Shown here in pieces: positions 62,152 to 64,000 of a stretch of DNA of 64,000 nucleotides; position 1 is the stretch's first letter; each line of letters starts with the position of its first letter. This stretch comes from Actinomyces sp. Its GTDB lineage: Bacteria; Actinomycetota; Actinomycetes; Actinomycetales; Actinomycetaceae. Both the position numbers and the translations under genes were made by a program. The notes beneath the pieces are model-generated. The model was not told the DNA's origin and ran no database searches. It saw only the letters and a list, made by a program, of their open reading frames with translations. The DNA is taken from NCBI RefSeq assembly GCF_030524025.1, contig NZ_JAUNHI010000003.1, positions 27,294 to 91,293 on the forward strand. The letters are read 5' to 3'.

Positions 62152-63924
62152 ATGACTGACGCAGCCGACATCGCCAGGCTCAAGGCCGAGGCGGCCCAGG
62201 CGGCGGCCGATGCCGCCGCGGCCAAGGCCGCCGCCGCGCAGGCCGCGCTCGACGCGGCCCTGGCGGCGCAGGCCCCACCACCGCCCCAGAATCCCGTGGT
62301 CGAGGGCTACGCCGCCGTCGTGCGCCAGGGGTACTCCTTCGACGGGCCGAGCCTCCCGGTGGGCACCTACCTGTCCTTCCCCTCCCAGGAGGAGGGCGGC
62401 GAGCCCCACGCGGTGGCCGGGCTACGGGTCGGGCTCCCCCTGGGCCTGCTCAACCGTCACGCCCTCGTGGCCGGGGCCACCGGAACCGGCAAGACCCGCA
62501 CGCTCCAGCTCCTGGCCGAAGGACTGAGTGCGGCGGGCGTGCCCGTGTTCCTGTCCGACGTCAAGGGCGACCTGACCGGGCTGGCCGAGCCGGGGACCCC
62601 CTCCGACCGGCTCGCGGAGCGCACCAGTCAGACCGGCCAGCCGTGGTCCCCCGTGGGCTTCCCCGTCGAGCTGCTCAACCTGGGAGGAAGCGGCGTCGGC
62701 ACACCGGTGCGCACCACCGTCAGCGAGTTCGGGCCGGTGCTGCTCGCCCGCGTCCTGGGCCTCAACGACACCCAGACCTCGGCCCTTCAGCTCATCGTCC
62801 ACTGGGCCGACAGCCAGGGCCTGGCCCTGCTCGACCTGGCAGACCTGCGCGCCGTCGTCGACTACCTGACCGGCTCGGAGGCGGGCAAGGAGGAGCTGCG
62901 CTCCATCGGAGGAGTCTCCGCGGCAACCGCAGGGGTCATTCTGCGTGAGATCGCCGCCCTGTCGGCCGCTGGCGGCGACCGCTACTTCGGCGAGCCGGCC
63001 CTCGAGGTGGCCGACCTCATGCGCACCGTCGATGGCCGAGGGCTCATCAACGCCCTGGAGCTGGAGGACATCCAGAGCCAGGGCACCTTGTTCTCCACCT
63101 TCCTCATGTGGCTGCTCGGTGAGCTCTTCGAGAAGCTCCCGGAGGTCGGCGACCCCGACAAGCCCACCATGGTCTTCTTCTTCGACGAGGCGCACCTGCT
63201 CTTCGCCGACGCCTCCAAGGCCTTTCTCGAGGCCGTCACCCGCACGGTGCGACTCATCCGCTCCAAGGGGGTGGGGATCGTCTTCATCACCCAGTCGCCC
63301 ACCGATGTGCCGGAGGCCGTGCTGGCACAGCTGGGCTCGCGCATCCAGCACGCGCTGCGCGCCCACACGCCGGCGGACGCCGCCGACCTGCGCAAGGCCG
63401 TGTCGACCTACCCCACCTCACCCCTCGATCTCACGCAGGTCCTGCCGGCTCTGGGCACCGGCCAGGCGGTCGTCAGCGTGCTCGACGACAAGGGGCGGCC
63501 GACACCGGTGGCGCCGGTCATCGTCGACGCCCCGGCATCCGTCATGGGCCCAGCCCGCCAGGAGACGATCGATAAGCTGCTCGCCGGCTCCCAGCTGGCG
63601 CCCCGCTACGCCACCACCGTCGACAACGAGTCGGCCGCCGAGCTGCTCGCCCAGCGGCTGGAGGGCCATGCCCGGGCCAAGGAGCGCGCCGAGGCCGAGG
63701 CCGCCGCCGCCCGGGCCGCCCAGAAGGAGGCGGCGGCCCGCCAGCGCGAGGCCGAGCGCCTGGCCCGGCAGGCCGAGCGGGACGCCGAGCGCGAGCGCCG
63801 CGCGCAGGACAAGGCGGCCGAGCGCCGTCAGCGGGAGATCGACAAGACGATCGGCGCCGTGGGACGCCAGGTGACTCGCGAGATCACCCGCTCGATCCTT
63901 GGCAACATCCTGCGCCGCCGCTGA
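62152..63924 (+). CDS. HerA-like helicase C-terminal domain (DUF853) AAA ATPase with Lys/Glu/Ala/Arg-rich coiled-coil tail
   Basis: Walker A AGATGTGKT. Walker B MVFFFDEAHLLF. DUF853-like layout. The C-terminal 80 aa are ERAEAEAAAARAAQKEAAARQREAERLARQAERDAERERR. Confidence 0.8.
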   Translation: MTDAADIARLKAEAAQAAADAAAAKAAAAQAALDAALAAQAPPPPQNPVVEGYAAVVRQGYSFDGPSLPVGTYLSFPSQEEGGEPHAVAGLRVGLPLGLLNRHALVAGATGTGKTRTLQLLAEGLSAAGVPVFLSDVKGDLTGLAEPGTPSDRLAERTSQTGQPWSPVGFPVELLNLGGSGVGTPVRTTVSEFGPVLLARVLGLNDTQTSALQLIVHWADSQGLALLDLADLRAVVDYLTGSEAGKEELRSIGGVSAATAGVILREIAALSAAGGDRYFGEPALEVADLMRTVDGRGLINALELEDIQSQGTLFSTFLMWLLGELFEKLPEVGDPDKPTMVFFFDEAHLLFADASKAFLEAVTRTVRLIRSKGVGIVFITQSPTDVPEAVLAQLGSRIQHALRAHTPADAADLRKAVSTYPTSPLDLTQVLPALGTGQAVVSVLDDKGRPTPVAPVIVDAPASVMGPARQETIDKLLAGSQLAPRYATTVDNESAAELLAQRLEGHARAKERAEAEAAAARAAQKEAAARQREAERLARQAERDAERERRAQDKAAERRQREIDKTIGAVGRQVTREITRSILGNILRRR

Positions 63925-64000
63925 CCCGCGATCGGGACTGAGGGCGCCTCGAGATCACCCGGCGCCGCCACCGGCCTCACTCCGGGACGACGCTGACGAG

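Overview
This is a high-G+C actinobacterial chromosomal segment. Gene order strongly resembles M. tuberculosis Rv2218-Rv2247 (lipA, DUF4191, glnA1 ... glnE, glnA2, panB ... Rv2229c-like, Nif3 ... DUF3052, aceE, PucR-like regulator, ACP, KAS). There are no mycolate-specific genes, so it is probably an Actinomycetaceae-like organism; that identification is inference.

Core content:
- Nitrogen assimilation: glnA1, glnE and glnA2, with a GlnR-box-like array upstream of glnA1.
- An amino-acid ABC importer.
- panB, map, RNase P RNA (rnpB, found by conserved P4/P1 motifs, minus strand), yaaA and catalase.
- aceE, an ACP-KAS pair, def, hemW-trmB-lepA, rpsT, holA, comEC, comEA and degV.
- A complete trp operon (trpE-G-D-C/B-A) preceded by a WWW leader peptide and attenuator. 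trpC and trpB are fused in one frame and no trpF is present.
- Four tRNA genes: Leu-TAA, Val-TAC and Asn-GTT, plus one 91-nt atypical tRNA-like gene with anticodon UAU and a long variable arm carrying a second anticodon-like loop.

Accessory or decaying spots:
- A tRNA-flanked patch between katA and DUF3052 (about 22.6-26.7 kb). It holds a frameshifted hypothetical gene, the odd tRNA, an aminotransferase frameshifted in a C8 homopolymer, and an N-terminally truncated HNH/DUF222 endonuclease remnant.
- A visibly lower-G+C island at about 50.9-54.9 kb. It holds a solitary PemK/MazF-like toxin, an IS630-family transposase C-terminal remnant, a small basic ORF, a perfect 10-bp hairpin, and a 664-aa polytopic membrane protein translationally coupled to an ABC ATPase. 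This is my best candidate for an undescribed export, immunity or defence module.
- Two tandem membrane-protein paralogs (14.5-16.9 kb) that share a 36-nt-identical start and a DUF2510-like N-terminal motif but carry different extracytoplasmic domains.

No rRNA, CRISPR array or intact mobile element was found. Many long antisense shadow ORFs typical of 70% G+C DNA were discarded.
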